A stretch of 63,185 bases of DNA, counting the filler, from Aduncisulcus paluster (Eukaryota): the NCBI GenBank assembly GCA_024181965.1. It is 5 parts of 5 records of this genome, joined end to end, with 100 filler letters (N's around TTAATTAATTAA, not from the genome) between each part and the next. Parts side by side here need not be neighbours in the genome. Positions count along the whole stretch, not along the records: positions 15,230 to 33,791 come from BQXS01012483.1; positions 33,892 to 48,341 come from BQXS01012485.1; 3 more parts are not named here. The stretch is one strand, 5' to 3'. This document shows, in pieces, positions 23,507 through 34,638 of the stretch (its first letter is position 1; the number at the start of each line of letters is the position of its first letter). The position numbers were made by a program, and so were the translations under genes. A model generated the notes under the pieces. It saw nothing but the letters and a program-made list of their open reading frames with translations. It was not told the origin of the DNA and made no database searches.

Positions 23507-25054
23507 ATGTATCCCATTCCTAAGATATATGTCGGCAATATTCCCGAACTTGTCACTGAAGAAGCTTTGCAAGATATATGCTTGAAATTTGGAAGTGTAG
23601 AGAAAGTTAAGTTCATTACTTACAGTTCGGGTAAGCCCAAAGGATATGGTTTTGTTACTTTTACTGATATGGATGCCGCTCAAAATGCTGTCAAGGAATT
23701 GAAAGCCAATGGCTACACAACTGGTTTTGCCAAGAAAGTTGATATCAACGAAGAACTTAAACGTTTGTCTGATCCTGAGAGTAAGAATCTCTATTTTTGT
23801 CATATCCCTAAGCAATGGAATGAAGATGATTTAAAAGCTCATGTTGTGAAGGCAACAACTAGAGTCCCCGAAGATATTTACATTTTAAGGCACCAGGAGA
23901 CCCATGAAAGCAAAGGAGTTGGCTTTGCTACTATGAAATCTCATTCTGAAGCCCAAGATGTCATCTCAGCTCTTTCCGAAGAAGATGGTGTTATCCGCGT
24001 TCGTTTTGCTTTTAACGAGCAACAAAGAAGTGCTAGAAGGAAGTATAACCAAATTTATGAAAAGGGAGGAATGAGTAGTGTTCCTTCTCGTAGTATGGAG
24101 AGATCTGGAAGCAGCCGTGGTATCGGGCAGAGAAGTGGTGGTCGGGATGGATTTATCGGATCTCGTCAATCTGGTCACATGCATCCTACCCAACAACACC
24201 ATCCTCCCATGGGTGCTCATCACCAGCAACCTCCACCTCCAACTCATAGTGGAGCTCCTTCCATGCCTCCCCATCATGGCCATGGCCAGAGACCTGCCTC
24301 CGCGATTGGAATGTCACATCCAACAATGCCTCCTCACTCCACTCCTCCACCTCAGTTCCCCATGTTTGATATCGTGCCCCCCAGGTCAATCCCTCCCAGA
24401 TCTGAAGGAGAGACCGATGAACAGTATTTCTCTCGTATTGATTCTTTCTTGAAGGTTCTTCATTCATATCTTGGTCATCTTGGACGTTATGTCACAGTTG
24501 TGAACCAGGTCTTGCCTTCTCTCCCTCCTCTTCCCCACCCCACGCAAATGACTCTCTTTACTGCAAGCCAAAATGCCGCTTCTATCATTCACAACTTTAA
24601 GAATCCCAACCCCTCTGCTGCTCCCTATCCCATGCAAGGCATGCCTCCTCCAGGCCATCCCGGACAAGCTGATGCTCGTGCTCACCATCCAATGCCTGGC
24701 ATGCCAACTTTGCCTGGTCAAGGACCACAAAGAGGTCCAATGCCTGGTCAAGGACAGCCGGGTCAGGGTCAGGTTGAACAAGGACCTCAATCGAGTGGTC
24801 AAAGTTCCCGCGTTCCCCCACACATGATGCATCCTCCCATGGCTCATCCTCATGGTGTCCCTCCTCATCCTCACCCTGCCCACCAACGTGGTCCTGCTGA
24901 TCACCAAGGACAAGGAATGCCTCATGGTGCCATGGATCGCCAGAGAATGCATCCCAGCGTTATGCGTGATATGGAGCAACGTCGTGCCCCACCCCAGATG
25001 GATGAAGGTAGTTCTGAGGAATTCGATAACGGTCGTTATAAGGGAGAAGAATAA
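23507..25054 (+). CDS. RNA-binding protein with two RRMs (RBMS-like) and a long P/H/Q/M-rich low-complexity tail
   Basis: RNP2 IYVGNI, RNP1 KGYGFVTF; second RRM NLYFCHIP...KGVGFATM. Confidence 0.88.
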   Translation: MYPIPKIYVGNIPELVTEEALQDICLKFGSVEKVKFITYSSGKPKGYGFVTFTDMDAAQNAVKELKANGYTTGFAKKVDINEELKRLSDPESKNLYFCHIPKQWNEDDLKAHVVKATTRVPEDIYILRHQETHESKGVGFATMKSHSEAQDVISALSEEDGVIRVRFAFNEQQRSARRKYNQIYEKGGMSSVPSRSMERSGSSRGIGQRSGGRDGFIGSRQSGHMHPTQQHHPPMGAHHQQPPPPTHSGAPSMPPHHGHGQRPASAIGMSHPTMPPHSTPPPQFPMFDIVPPRSIPPRSEGETDEQYFSRIDSFLKVLHSYLGHLGRYVTVVNQVLPSLPPLPHPTQMTLFTASQNAASIIHNFKNPNPSAAPYPMQGMPPPGHPGQADARAHHPMPGMPTLPGQGPQRGPMPGQGQPGQGQVEQGPQSSGQSSRVPPHMMHPPMAHPHGVPPHPHPAHQRGPADHQGQGMPHGAMDRQRMHPSVMRDMEQRRAPPQMDEGSSEEFDNGRYKGEE

Positions 25055-25315
25055 TTTCCTGTACAACAATGAATTTTATATTTTCGAATGTATTTCGCGT
25101 TCTATTTAGTTTTTGTGGACCTCTTTTGAATTTTTTGGAAAATGCCAACTTTGTTGAATCTTTTTTCACATCCAAGTAGTTTATTATTATCGAAATAAAA
25201 TGTTCGTTGATTACCTCGATGATTTAATGAATTCTTTTGAGGGAATTATTTTTGAGGCCGAAAAATATCTGTGTGACGAGATTAGGATCTTTTGCTGACT
25301 ATAATATATTCCTGA

Positions 25316-25900
25316 ATGAATAAGGAATTCCTACTTGGAATATTGTTTTTATTCCTTATATTTTCTTTTTGTATTGCGGAGGAATCTGTCGCCAGGCAGG
25401 GAAAGGTGATGCATGTTGTTCTCCAAGGAGAAATACAAAAGGGATACCAACGAGGAAGGACAATGAACTTAAAAACTGCTAATATAGATCCTTTTGAGTT
25501 AGGTTTTTTATTGGATGGGGTTCAGAATGGTGTATATGGTGCTTTTGCTTCTGTTGAAGGTCATGATGGTGTATTTGAAGCTGTTGTAAGTATTGGAAAT
25601 AATCCCCAATTTGAGAATAAGAGTGGAACTGTTGAAACTCATATTTTACACGAATTCGAAGAAGATTTTTATGGAGCTCAATTACGTGTCGTTCTGATAT
25701 TATTTATTCGAAGGCAGCAAGTTTTCAGTTCCTTAGATGTTTTAAAGTATGAGATAAATTCTGATATTGAGTTCTTTAATAATTGGCTTGTTGAAAATGA
25801 AGATATGAAAAAGACAATGTTAGGATTGGATTCGCCTTTCTTAGAGTGGGAGAGTGATGATGATATTGCTTCTTCAACAAAAATCCTTCCTCAATATTGA
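25316..25900 (+). CDS. RFK: Riboflavin kinase with an N-terminal signal-peptide-like segment
   Basis: GEIQKGYQRG..KTANI, GVYG, SIGNNPQF, VETHILH.F..DFYG, FIR....FSSLD.L...I..DI. Confidence 0.9.
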   Translation: MNKEFLLGILFLFLIFSFCIAEESVARQGKVMHVVLQGEIQKGYQRGRTMNLKTANIDPFELGFLLDGVQNGVYGAFASVEGHDGVFEAVVSIGNNPQFENKSGTVETHILHEFEEDFYGAQLRVVLILFIRRQQVFSSLDVLKYEINSDIEFFNNWLVENEDMKKTMLGLDSPFLEWESDDDIASSTKILPQY

Positions 25901-26080
25901 TTCAGAGAATACTTTTTTTCCTTAATTTTGTTTATTTCAGAGATTTCCAACCAGGCGTGTCATTGCGAGTGGTATGTCGGTTCATGACACCATGAACATC
26001 AATATCTATAGATCTAGAGTTTCGAGTAAAGATTATTTTTTTTTATCGAAAAGCAAAATATTTAAAATTCCAAAATTGAT

Positions 26081-26704
26081 CTACTCTTCTTCGATGTAAT
26101 CGAATGAATCATCAATTCCGAGATGTTTCTTCAATTCAGGTTCTTCAATGCTTGGGTAATTCTTTACAATGTAACTCTTTAACGAATAGGTTGCATCAGT
26201 CCATTGATTGACTCCGCGGATGACATCTGCGAAACAACGGCGCTTTTTAGCGATGGCTTGCGGGTCATTTTTCCTTAACCATGCGATTTTGGACGATAAT
26301 TCTTTTTGTTTTGACTTCAATTCTTTGTATTGGGCAATAAGCATTTTCCTTTGTGGTGTGTCTTCTCTCCCAATTTGAAGCTCTTCTTTTTCTTTTCTAA
26401 GGGCATCCACTTCTTTCTGGATAACAGATAACTTTTTAGTTGCTCTCTCATTGTCGACTTTGGCTGCTTGAGATGTTGTTGAAGGAAAACTCCAATACCA
26501 TACAGAAGATCCAAGTTTTTCTCCAATGATTTTATCGTCATCCATTAATCTTTTCAACATATCTTTGAGTTGCATGGCATATACTCCAATATCTTTCGAT
26601 TTTTTCTCCAAGATTTTGATCGTGTAAGGCTCGGCCGATTCGTGAAGAAAAGTGTATACTTTATCTGCTCTCTCCTCTATTGCTGACACTTTCTTTGGAG
26701 GCAT
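26081..26704 (-). CDS. MND1: Meiotic nuclear division protein 1
   Basis: YTIKILEK..GVYAMQLKDML..LMDD..I..EKLGSSVWYWSFPS, coiled coil, GREDT..R, NDP, NQWTD. Confidence 0.93.
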   Translation of the reverse strand: MPPKKVSAIEERADKVYTFLHESAEPYTIKILEKKSKDIGVYAMQLKDMLKRLMDDDKIIGEKLGSSVWYWSFPSTTSQAAKVDNERATKKLSVIQKEVDALRKEKEELQIGREDTPQRKMLIAQYKELKSKQKELSSKIAWLRKNDPQAIAKKRRCFADVIRGVNQWTDATYSLKSYIVKNYPSIEEPELKKHLGIDDSFDYIEEE

Positions 26705-26803
26705 GTTAAAATATGATTTTTTGAATTTAGTAAGGCAAGAAAAAAGTAATCAAAGTGAACAAATCCATTCTTATTCCGCCAATCAGCATTTATTAGGAAT
26801 AGG

Positions 26804-27413
26804 ATGGCAAAACTGTCATTTTTACTGGATCATTTTTTTGATTAGATAATTTATCAATCATTATCGATTTTTTTGAATGAATTGAGCAAAGGATGTTGGA
26901 GATATCGAAAGTTCGGAAGCTTCGGTTTCTCTACAGTCACTCTCTTCTTTTTCAAAGGCATCCAAGGCTTTTAATAATTTTGTGCTTGTTAGAATATTAT
27001 GTGAGTGTAAGATTCCTGGTTCTTTTCCCTCTCCAGCGCATGGAGCGCTAAAAATGTATTCTTTTTGTTTATCAGCTGTATTAGATGTATCTTTTGAANN
27101 NNNNNNNNNNNNNNNNNNATGGCAAAACTGTCATTTTTACTGGATCATTTTTTTGATTAGATAATTTATCAATCATTATCGATTTTTTTGAATGAATTGA
27201 GCAAAGGATGTTGGAGATATCGAAAGTTCGGAAGCTTCGGTTTCTCTACAGTCACTCTCTTCTTTTTCAAAGGCATCCAAGGCTTTTAATAATTTTGTGC
27301 TTGTTAGAATATTATGTGAGTGTAAGATTCCTGGTTCTTTTCCCTCTCCAGCGCATGGAGCGCTAAAAATGTATTCTTTTTGTTTATCAGCTGTATTAGA
27401 TGTATCTTTTGAA
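26804..27413. repeat. Assembly artefact: 295-bp duplication around a 20-N gap
   Basis: 26804-27098 = 27119-27413. Confidence 0.9.
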
Positions 27414-28360
27414 ATTTTTATAAATTCCTTGATGTATTCACTACTTGATGATACATGCCTTTCGTCATGATCTTGATGCCTTGACCTACTTCTGACTCTT
27501 CGTTCTGCTCCTGCTGAATATGAAACTGAATCAATGCTCCCACTTGCTATTTGGTCAGATTTCATTCTGCATGTTGCTCTTTCTTTGACATCTATCATTC
27601 CAGGTTGGCATATTGGATGATGGGCCGTTATCTTTTTTAGTCTATTTTTTCTTTGTTGTTTGTGGGCAAATGAAATAATATTTTCTATTTCTTTCGCTGT
27701 TCTATCGTTGAATTGATTCATATCCGAATGTTGATGCCTTTTCCACCTACAATAATCCATTATTTTTCCTATTAGGATACTTAGAATGATGAACACGAAA
27801 CAAAATATTGGAAGAGATACAGCTGGTGGAAAAATTGGGATTATTGTTGTAGTGATTGCCATTAGTGCTGTTACGATAAAGACCAATACAAATTGTAATG
27901 GACCAGCTTGTTTCTTCGCTGAACTGCTATTTAGTTTCCGATGATTCCATTCGATGTCTGGTCTGTTGTGTAATACAAAATATCCAAATATTACGGATAT
28001 TATTCCTCCGAACGCTGCTCCATAGAAACCAAGTGCTTCATCTGTGAATATCCAATTTGGAAACTTTGTAATGATCCATAATAACGAAATAATTAAAAAA
28101 TTAAGACATGTTTGAGAGGAATCCTGACAAGGATTTGATATTGCTGCTCCTAATACTGTAAGGTTGTCTTTCACTTTTCTTTGAGATTCCAATGTTGGAA
28201 ATGCAGCATTATGACGCCAATTGATAATTCTGGGTAATCTAAAAACTGCCCTTTGAACATCTGCTAAGATTACTGCACATAATCCTACCACAGGGTCGAC
28301 AATGAGAGTGTCACAGAGTTCTTCTGCGGGATCGTTTGCACCAAAATAACTTCCGGCCAT
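27176..28360 (-). CDS. Hypothetical multi-pass membrane protein (probable start MAGSYFG)
   Basis: 4-5 hydrophobic segments followed by a charged, Ser-rich tail. Confidence 0.6.
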   Translation of the reverse strand: MAGSYFGANDPAEELCDTLIVDPVVGLCAVILADVQRAVFRLPRIINWRHNAAFPTLESQRKVKDNLTVLGAAISNPCQDSSQTCLNFLIISLLWIITKFPNWIFTDEALGFYGAAFGGIISVIFGYFVLHNRPDIEWNHRKLNSSSAKKQAGPLQFVLVFIVTALMAITTTIIPIFPPAVSLPIFCFVFIILSILIGKIMDYCRWKRHQHSDMNQFNDRTAKEIENIISFAHKQQRKNRLKKITAHHPICQPGMIDVKERATCRMKSDQIASGSIDSVSYSAGAERRVRSRSRHQDHDERHVSSSSEYIKEFIKISKDTSNTADKQKEYIFSAPCAGEGKEPGILHSHNILTSTKLLKALDAFEKEESDCRETEASELSISPTSFAQFIQKNR

Positions 28361-28857
28361 TAACAATGAAATGCATTCGACAAATTCCCAAAAATAGATG
28401 AGTGTAATCACCAAAGTACGTTGCTGTAAAAAGAATTCTAAAAAATAACAATTTGAAAAGTGTTCATAGTTCCAGAAACGATATAAATCATTATTTCGCA
28501 TGAATTCTTTTGATATACTTATTGGGGAACAATTATTTCTCATATTGAAACGTTGATTCTGTTATATGTCGAGTTTGTTTGCTATGATTGGGAGGGTTAT
28601 GATATAATTGTTTTAATGATATGATCCCTGTTTTAATTTTATATTTGGGTTTGCAATATAAATCCCGTGAATATCTACAATCGAACAATTGATTTATTTT
28701 TGACATCTCTTGTCATCAATTGTGACTTCGTGAGTAGTGTTATCAACATTGAATATTATTGTGGTTGTAGGATATTTTTAGGGATTTTAAAATGATTTTC
28801 TCGAATTATTTGTAGGATATCATTGTGTATTGACCAATTCCTCTCCAACTTGGAGAA

Positions 28858-29994
28858 AGTTGAACTTGAAGAATTTTTTTTGCGACTGTCGCACTGCGAC
28901 TTTTTCAATATTCTAAAAACGTTAAAATTAATATCCTATGATACCCTTATTCATTTATTATTTTTTTATTTTTATCTGCTTGCTTAATAGAGCCATGGAG
29001 ATGAAAATTAAAAAAGCATCTGAGTTTTCTGGAATTTTTATAAAATAAATATAATAATTATACACAATTAAACATACGCTGTATTTTTTATTTATTTTTG
29101 CATCCCTTATTCATTCGCTTCAAGCGAGAAGTTCTGGTGACAGAATTTTGAGCTTTTAAAGCATGGAAAGTTTCCATTAGTATTTGAATAATGTTTATGG
29201 GATCAATTTGATGTTTGAAATAAGTCTCATGTGGACCGTTTGGAGTGAGAATTTATTAATAGACCTATATAGCGATATATCATGAAAGATTATTGTTATT
29301 TTGGTGAAGAACTACTTGGTAACGTATTATAATTTTATTTAAACTGTTTTATGATTTTGATATGATAGAGTCTAACAGTTCACAGTTGGTCATGTCATTT
29401 AGTTAGTAACTATTTTTGTCATCTCAATCTCATCGAGATCTTTTTCCTTTTTTGCCCTCCATGTGATCTTCTTCTTCTTTGTGGAGGGATGGGTGGGAGT
29501 TATTTCAGGTAAACTAAGAAAAAGCCCCTGCTCTTGTTCCAAAATGGATTTCCATTCTGATTATGGAGACCTTGATCCTAGTGGATGTTTCCCCTACCTG
29601 ACGTTTCTAAAAAACGCATTTTTCAGGCGGGAGGCTTCTTCTGGTGGTTCTTCTTGCCTTGGTATCCATTTTTTTTATTCCCGTACAGTTGTACAGTTCT
29701 TGATCGATTCTGGTTATAGAGTATTATTGTTCCTCCAACTCCAGGAGTTGAACTCCTCGAGAGTTACTCCCGATAGATCTCTCCCCTACCTGACGTTTCT
29801 AAAAAACGCATTTTTCAGGCGGGAGGTTCTATTGGGAGGCTCTTCGTGCCATGTTCTTGACCCGGTCAAGGGTACTTTTTTTTACTATTTTTACTCACCG
29901 CGTGTTTTCACGATGGTGCAATTTGGACATTCTTTTTGCATGTTGTCGCTTTGCGACGCATCGCAAATTGAATTTGTTCAGTTGAACTTGAAGA
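28858..29994. mobile_element. Possible ~1.1-kb non-autonomous element bounded by repeats
   Basis: AGTTGAACTTGAAGA at 28858 and 29980; imperfect inverted TTGCGACTGTCGCACTGCGAC / GTCGCTTTGCGACGCATCGCAA just inside; no convincing CDS. Confidence 0.35.
29590..29826. repeat. Two identical 45-bp hairpin-forming repeats 192 bp apart
   Basis: TCCCCTACCTGACGTTTCTAAAAAACGCATTTTTCAGGCGGGAGG at 29590-29634 and 29782-29826. Confidence 0.9.
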
Positions 29995-30537
29995 TGATTT
30001 TTGAAAAAAAAAAAAAGTGACCCTTTATGGATGGCTTTTAAAATGTCAAAAGAAACTATTCTTAAATAATTATACTTTTACAAATAAAAATATTGTTTTA
30101 TTTTGAGATCAGATAACTGAGCAACATTTTAGAAACTTTCTCTCTTTTCCTCGCCGATTATAAATATCACACACAATCATACCAAATGTATTATATATAT
30201 ATATTATAATTCTATCATTTTTGAGGATATTTTTCTTATTTTTACGTTGGATTCAATACAACTACCCACTGGTCTCAGACTAGAAGGCTTCTGGCAGATC
30301 TAATGTCATTCATGAATGATATTAGTATTTAAGATTTAAATACGGTATAATATAGCACTGGTTAGTTCATAACATTGAACCAAATCATTGGTATAATACA
30401 GAGCGAGGATAAGAGAGTTTACTCAAAATGTATCGGCTAAATGTGTCATATAAAATAACGAAAATTCAATGAATCCAAGAAGGTAGAAGAGAGAAAAACA
30501 AAGAGAACAGAAAAAGAAATCAAAAAAGAACACAAAA

Positions 30538-32154
30538 TTATTTACACGTTGGCAATATTTTTTTCGCCCTATAGAATTCAAGCATTTGACGTGGAACTTC
30601 TTCGAGTAAATGTGCAGCTAATAATCTTGGATCATGTCTAAAGTCTCTAAAAGGTGTGAATTGAACGATATCCCTGCCAATCTTACTTCCACTTCTGAGG
30701 GGTTCGTCATCCCCATCAAGAATATCCATAGCTGAGAAATCTGCAGCACCCACACCAACGATGATGATGGAGAGAGGAGCAGTGAGTGAAGCATCAACGA
30801 TCTCACGGATAGTTGAGTCCAGATCAGTGATGACACCATCGGTGATGATCAAAAGAATATGATAAGGAGGCACAACAGGGGCCCCAATGGCTGTCGACCT
30901 CGTCCTTGCCTCTTCCATGTCAGCAAGAGCATCGTCAGTAGCCTTACGAACAACCTTTGAAAAGATAGTCGGACCAGAGAGAGAGACCATATGGATGGCT
31001 TTCTGATAGGCTGCAAGAATCCCTTCAACTCCATACAGTTCAGGCTGAGCAGGGTCAAGCGAGAGAGGGAAACAATGACTTACAGTGGAGCCAACTCGAC
31101 CACCGAACAGATAGGTGGGAAGCATCTTGTCGGTATCGTACTCGAGCAGAACCGAACACACAGAACGGATAGCTTGCATGTAGGCGTTTTCTGCGGATAA
31201 GTAATGAAGGGAAGAGGGTGTGGAAGGAGCTCCATTCGAAGCAGTAAAGTCGACAGCAACATGCACCTGAATTTGAGTGGATTTAACATAGTCAATGAAA
31301 GAAGGGTGTCGAATAAGACGACAATTGACGAATGAAATGGTTCCACGGGGTTTTTTGGGGTCTTTTACAACAGTATCAATTCGTAGAGGGAGATTCATGG
31401 TTTCTCTCTTTTCTGCAAGTTCAAGAGCATTTGTAATGATATATCCAATTTCTTTGTGAGTTCCAGAACTCTTATGTTGTAATACTTTTAATTTAAACAT
31501 GGCACCAACATCACCACCAACCATAGAAGAGATGGGGATGTCAAGATGTTCCCAGATTGGACTATTTCCTTTCCCAGACAGGCCAGACCGGTAAGTGAGA
31601 AGCTCTCCACGCTCTTGAAGTTTATAACACTCGAAAAAATATACTGGTTTAAACAAACCCTTTGATACTAAATCTTTACCGACGAGATCGAATAAAATTG
31701 ATTCCTTGGCCAAAGATTCTTCTTCAGCTGAAATAGTAATGGTTCCGCAGTCAAGAGACCGATTGGCAGGATCAATGAGACGTCTTTTAGTTATTCCTTC
31801 TTCAGCTACAACCAAAGAAGCTAAATCACATTCAATTTGTCCAAGAAAATCATGATTTGCAACTCGATCGAGGTGAGCAAAGTCGTCTACATCATAAACT
31901 TTAATAAGTAATTGTATACGGGTTTCAAAAACATAGGGTACTTTTACAGGGACTTCAAAAGAGGGGTTGAGGTTATTTCTAACACATTCTGTATGACTAA
32001 TGAGATTAAGAGTCGTAGTAGAACCGGAAGATTGTTTTAAATACACGAATACAATTCCATCGCTATGCCCAATGATATCTCGGTCTCGTAAACCAGAACA
32101 GCTGAATCTAAGGAGAATATTTGGGGTAACGGGGGGAATTTCCGGAGGTTGCAT
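30538..32154 (-). CDS. Copine (C2-C2-vWA)
   Basis: LRDRDIIGHSD, TECVRNNLNPSF, VAVDFTASNG, SLHY, YDTDK, VSHCFPL, LSGPT.F, YHILLIITDG, PLSIIIVGVG, RDIVQF.PF. Confidence 0.96.
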   Translation of the reverse strand: MQPPEIPPVTPNILLRFSCSGLRDRDIIGHSDGIVFVYLKQSSGSTTTLNLISHTECVRNNLNPSFEVPVKVPYVFETRIQLLIKVYDVDDFAHLDRVANHDFLGQIECDLASLVVAEEGITKRRLIDPANRSLDCGTITISAEEESLAKESILFDLVGKDLVSKGLFKPVYFFECYKLQERGELLTYRSGLSGKGNSPIWEHLDIPISSMVGGDVGAMFKLKVLQHKSSGTHKEIGYIITNALELAEKRETMNLPLRIDTVVKDPKKPRGTISFVNCRLIRHPSFIDYVKSTQIQVHVAVDFTASNGAPSTPSSLHYLSAENAYMQAIRSVCSVLLEYDTDKMLPTYLFGGRVGSTVSHCFPLSLDPAQPELYGVEGILAAYQKAIHMVSLSGPTIFSKVVRKATDDALADMEEARTRSTAIGAPVVPPYHILLIITDGVITDLDSTIREIVDASLTAPLSIIIVGVGAADFSAMDILDGDDEPLRSGSKIGRDIVQFTPFRDFRHDPRLLAAHLLEEVPRQMLEFYRAKKILPTCK

Positions 32155-32311
32155 CTGTAAAATTTTTTTTTGAAGTTGAATATATTATATGTGCAGGAAA
32201 AATAGCTAGAGAAGATCTGCATAGACTGAAAAATAATCTCAACAGAAGAAATCTACTTCTCCAAAAAAAATTGAATTTATTAAAAAAAAACTAATGTATA
32301 TAAAACCATTA

Positions 32312-32677
32312 TTATTTGGGAAAGATTTTCCAAAGGAAGAATATGGCCAAGTAGCTCGACAGGAAGTAGTAGGGCCACGAAGAGGGATTGAAGATGACTA
32401 TAATAGCAATATAATGACAGAACCAGGCAATGAATAAAAAGAAATCAAACCAGGAATTTTGAAACCAAAATCCTATTGTAGATGTTTGATCCATCCTTTC
32501 GCATTTATGGGAAAGGAAAATATTTGCTGGCGCTGGATCTCCATAATAATCGAGATATAGATGGCACACGTTTTTTGGATTCCCAATTTGGCATTTTTCA
32601 TTCGTTCCTGATACACCCGAAAGGATGAGAAATACGGAAAAAAATACGACAAAATGAAAGATCTTAATGTTATGCAT
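32312..32677 (-). CDS. Small hypothetical membrane protein (signal peptide, short Cys-containing domain, 2 TM)
   Basis: Hydrophobic N-terminus ending VSG-T; two C-terminal hydrophobic segments. Confidence 0.5.
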   Translation of the reverse strand: MHNIKIFHFVVFFSVFLILSGVSGTNEKCQIGNPKNVCHLYLDYYGDPAPANIFLSHKCERMDQTSTIGFWFQNSWFDFFLFIAWFCHYIAIIVIFNPSSWPYYFLSSYLAIFFLWKIFPK

Positions 32678-33398
32678 TCTCAATAAAAGGCATAATAATA
32701 TTGACCTTTGTCAGGTTCACTTCAAAAAATAGTTTTGTCATTCATTTACAGGCAAGTTGCCGGTTGTGGCGAAGTAATCCACGCCGCGTGAGTTTTTCTG
32801 CAATTGGTAATCTATTTATTGACTATATAGCTATATACAATCTATATACAGCATATACAATGATCTATCTGAATATGGATTTAGATATTGATGATTTATT
32901 GGATTGATCAAGGCCAAGAAGGAGAGACAGTTAATATCTAGCCACATAAGATAGAATGTAGTAAATGATTGCCGTGCGAATTAAAAAGCCCATAGATCTT
33001 AAGTTTTTTGATTGGACTGCTCTTAAAGTAATAATATGTTAATATTCGATATTCTATTTTGTATTAAGGCAGAAGTAACCTGAACCATGAAAATATGTCA
33101 AATGAGATTACAAAATGGTAGAATCTTCTCCAACAGTAGAATTGTACAAGAAATACAATGACAGAGCTGAACAGAAAATGAAAATATTGCATTTTGTTGG
33201 AGAAGTAATGGCATTAAAAACAAAAAGAAATCACTCCCCATTCAAATAAAAATAGATAGAAGCCACGTATAATCCAGTGATGGTCGGTTGGGGAGGTTCT
33301 ATAGGGTCTTCAGACGAGCAAAAGAGTACTTGCCAAACTATGATGAGTGCAGTATAGTACAGAATAGCATAGTACAGTATCCCCTGGATAGCAATAGT

Positions 33399-33791
33399 TT
33401 AAGAACCAATCTCTTCAATTTTTCCACTGAATGGACAAACTGCCATTTTTCTTGCCATGGATAAATCATCTTCTTCGGACGTTTCACCTTCAATCCATAC
33501 TTTATCTCTATCTTCAGGGGACAGAGCCCGATGACAATATGAAGAAAATGCTTCAGCTCCACCAGTCAGGATGCATATCTTGCATTTCGATTGGAGAGCA
33601 ATTGAGGGGTTGGAAAGAATGGTGTTGAGAATTCTTCGGGCGGTAGAAGGACCGCGGCATTGAGAATATTGGCAATGAACGACAATATGAGAACAGTGAA
33701 GCGATACATTTGAAATCCAATCTAGCTGGGAAGAAAGTTTATATGTGGGAATATGAATTGAAACTTTAATATATCCAAATGATTTTCGTTC
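33399..33791 (-). CDS. Cdc25/ACR2-like rhodanese-fold phosphatase or arsenate reductase, 5'-truncated by gap (not in ORF track)
   Basis: Manual translation: GYIKVSIHIP...IVVHCQYSQCRGPSTAR...ICILTGGAEAF; intact HC-X5-R motif followed by GP; stop TAA at 33401-33399. Confidence 0.85.
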   Translation of the reverse strand, partial: ERKSFGYIKVSIHIPTYKLSSQLDWISNVSLHCSHIVVHCQYSQCRGPSTARRILNTILSNPSIALQSKCKICILTGGAEAFSSYCHRALSPEDRDKVWIEGETSEEDDLSMARKMAVCPFSGKIEEIGS

Positions 33792-33891
33792 NNNNNNNNN
33801 NNNNNNNNNNNNNNNNNNNNNNNNNNNNNNNNNNNTTAATTAATTAANNNNNNNNNNNNNNNNNNNNNNNNNNNNNNNNNNNNNNNNNNNN

Positions 33892-34417
33892 GTGGGAACT
33901 TGTATTTGCCCAACAATCGAAGGAAATCACTCTCGGCAGCACGACTGTGAAGGAAGAGAGGAAGGTCAAGTTCCTCGGCCAACTTTAACTGGGCATCGAA
34001 GGCAAGCAATTGGGCTTGTTTGGGGGCAAAGTGAAGACGATCGAAATCGAGACCCATCTCGCCATACGCAACAATGTGTTCGCGGTTTGCAACAATTAAC
34101 TTCCTTAGTTTGTCGATATTTGTATCTATCGTTTCCTGCTTAGGTTTATCATCTTTTCCAGTTATCAAAAGAGACCTTGTGGGATGAATACCACAGGTCA
34201 TGAACAACTTGCCAGAATACGATTTACACAATTTAACAGCATCGGAAAAATCTTCAAAACTGCCGACAGTTATTATAATCTTTTCCACTCCAACTTTGTC
34301 GGCTCTTTTCATCATTTCTTCAAAATCACTAGGATGGGCTTGTTTTCCCCTATAACTCCCAACAAAGACAGGATCTGTCAAATTACCACCTATTTCAATA
34401 AATTTAAATCCTTCCAT
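33892..34417 (-). CDS. TatD-family DNase (TATDN1-like), 3'-truncated by gap
   Basis: IEIGGNLTDPVF.G.YRGKQ.H, TCGIHPT, VAYGEMGLDFDRLHF, LPLFLHSR. Confidence 0.95.
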
Positions 34418-34638
34418 TTTTGGTATTCGCAAGAAAAGTGAAGATTGAGTTATAGGGCTTTCCAAAGCAAGCAAAAATATATTTGTCATAAATATTCGAT
34501 TATTTATTATCATTAATCTTCTTAATTTGCAATATTTATTGTTAAAATGTCATAAAACAAAGATATAAGAGAAAAGGCTTTTGAGCTGGAGTTCGTGAAA
34601 GATTCAGTCACTTAAAAAGATATTTCTTATAAATCACA

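Noticed and set aside
29590..29826. CRISPR-like array
   Set aside because: Only two repeats, a 147-bp spacer, no cas genes, eukaryotic context.
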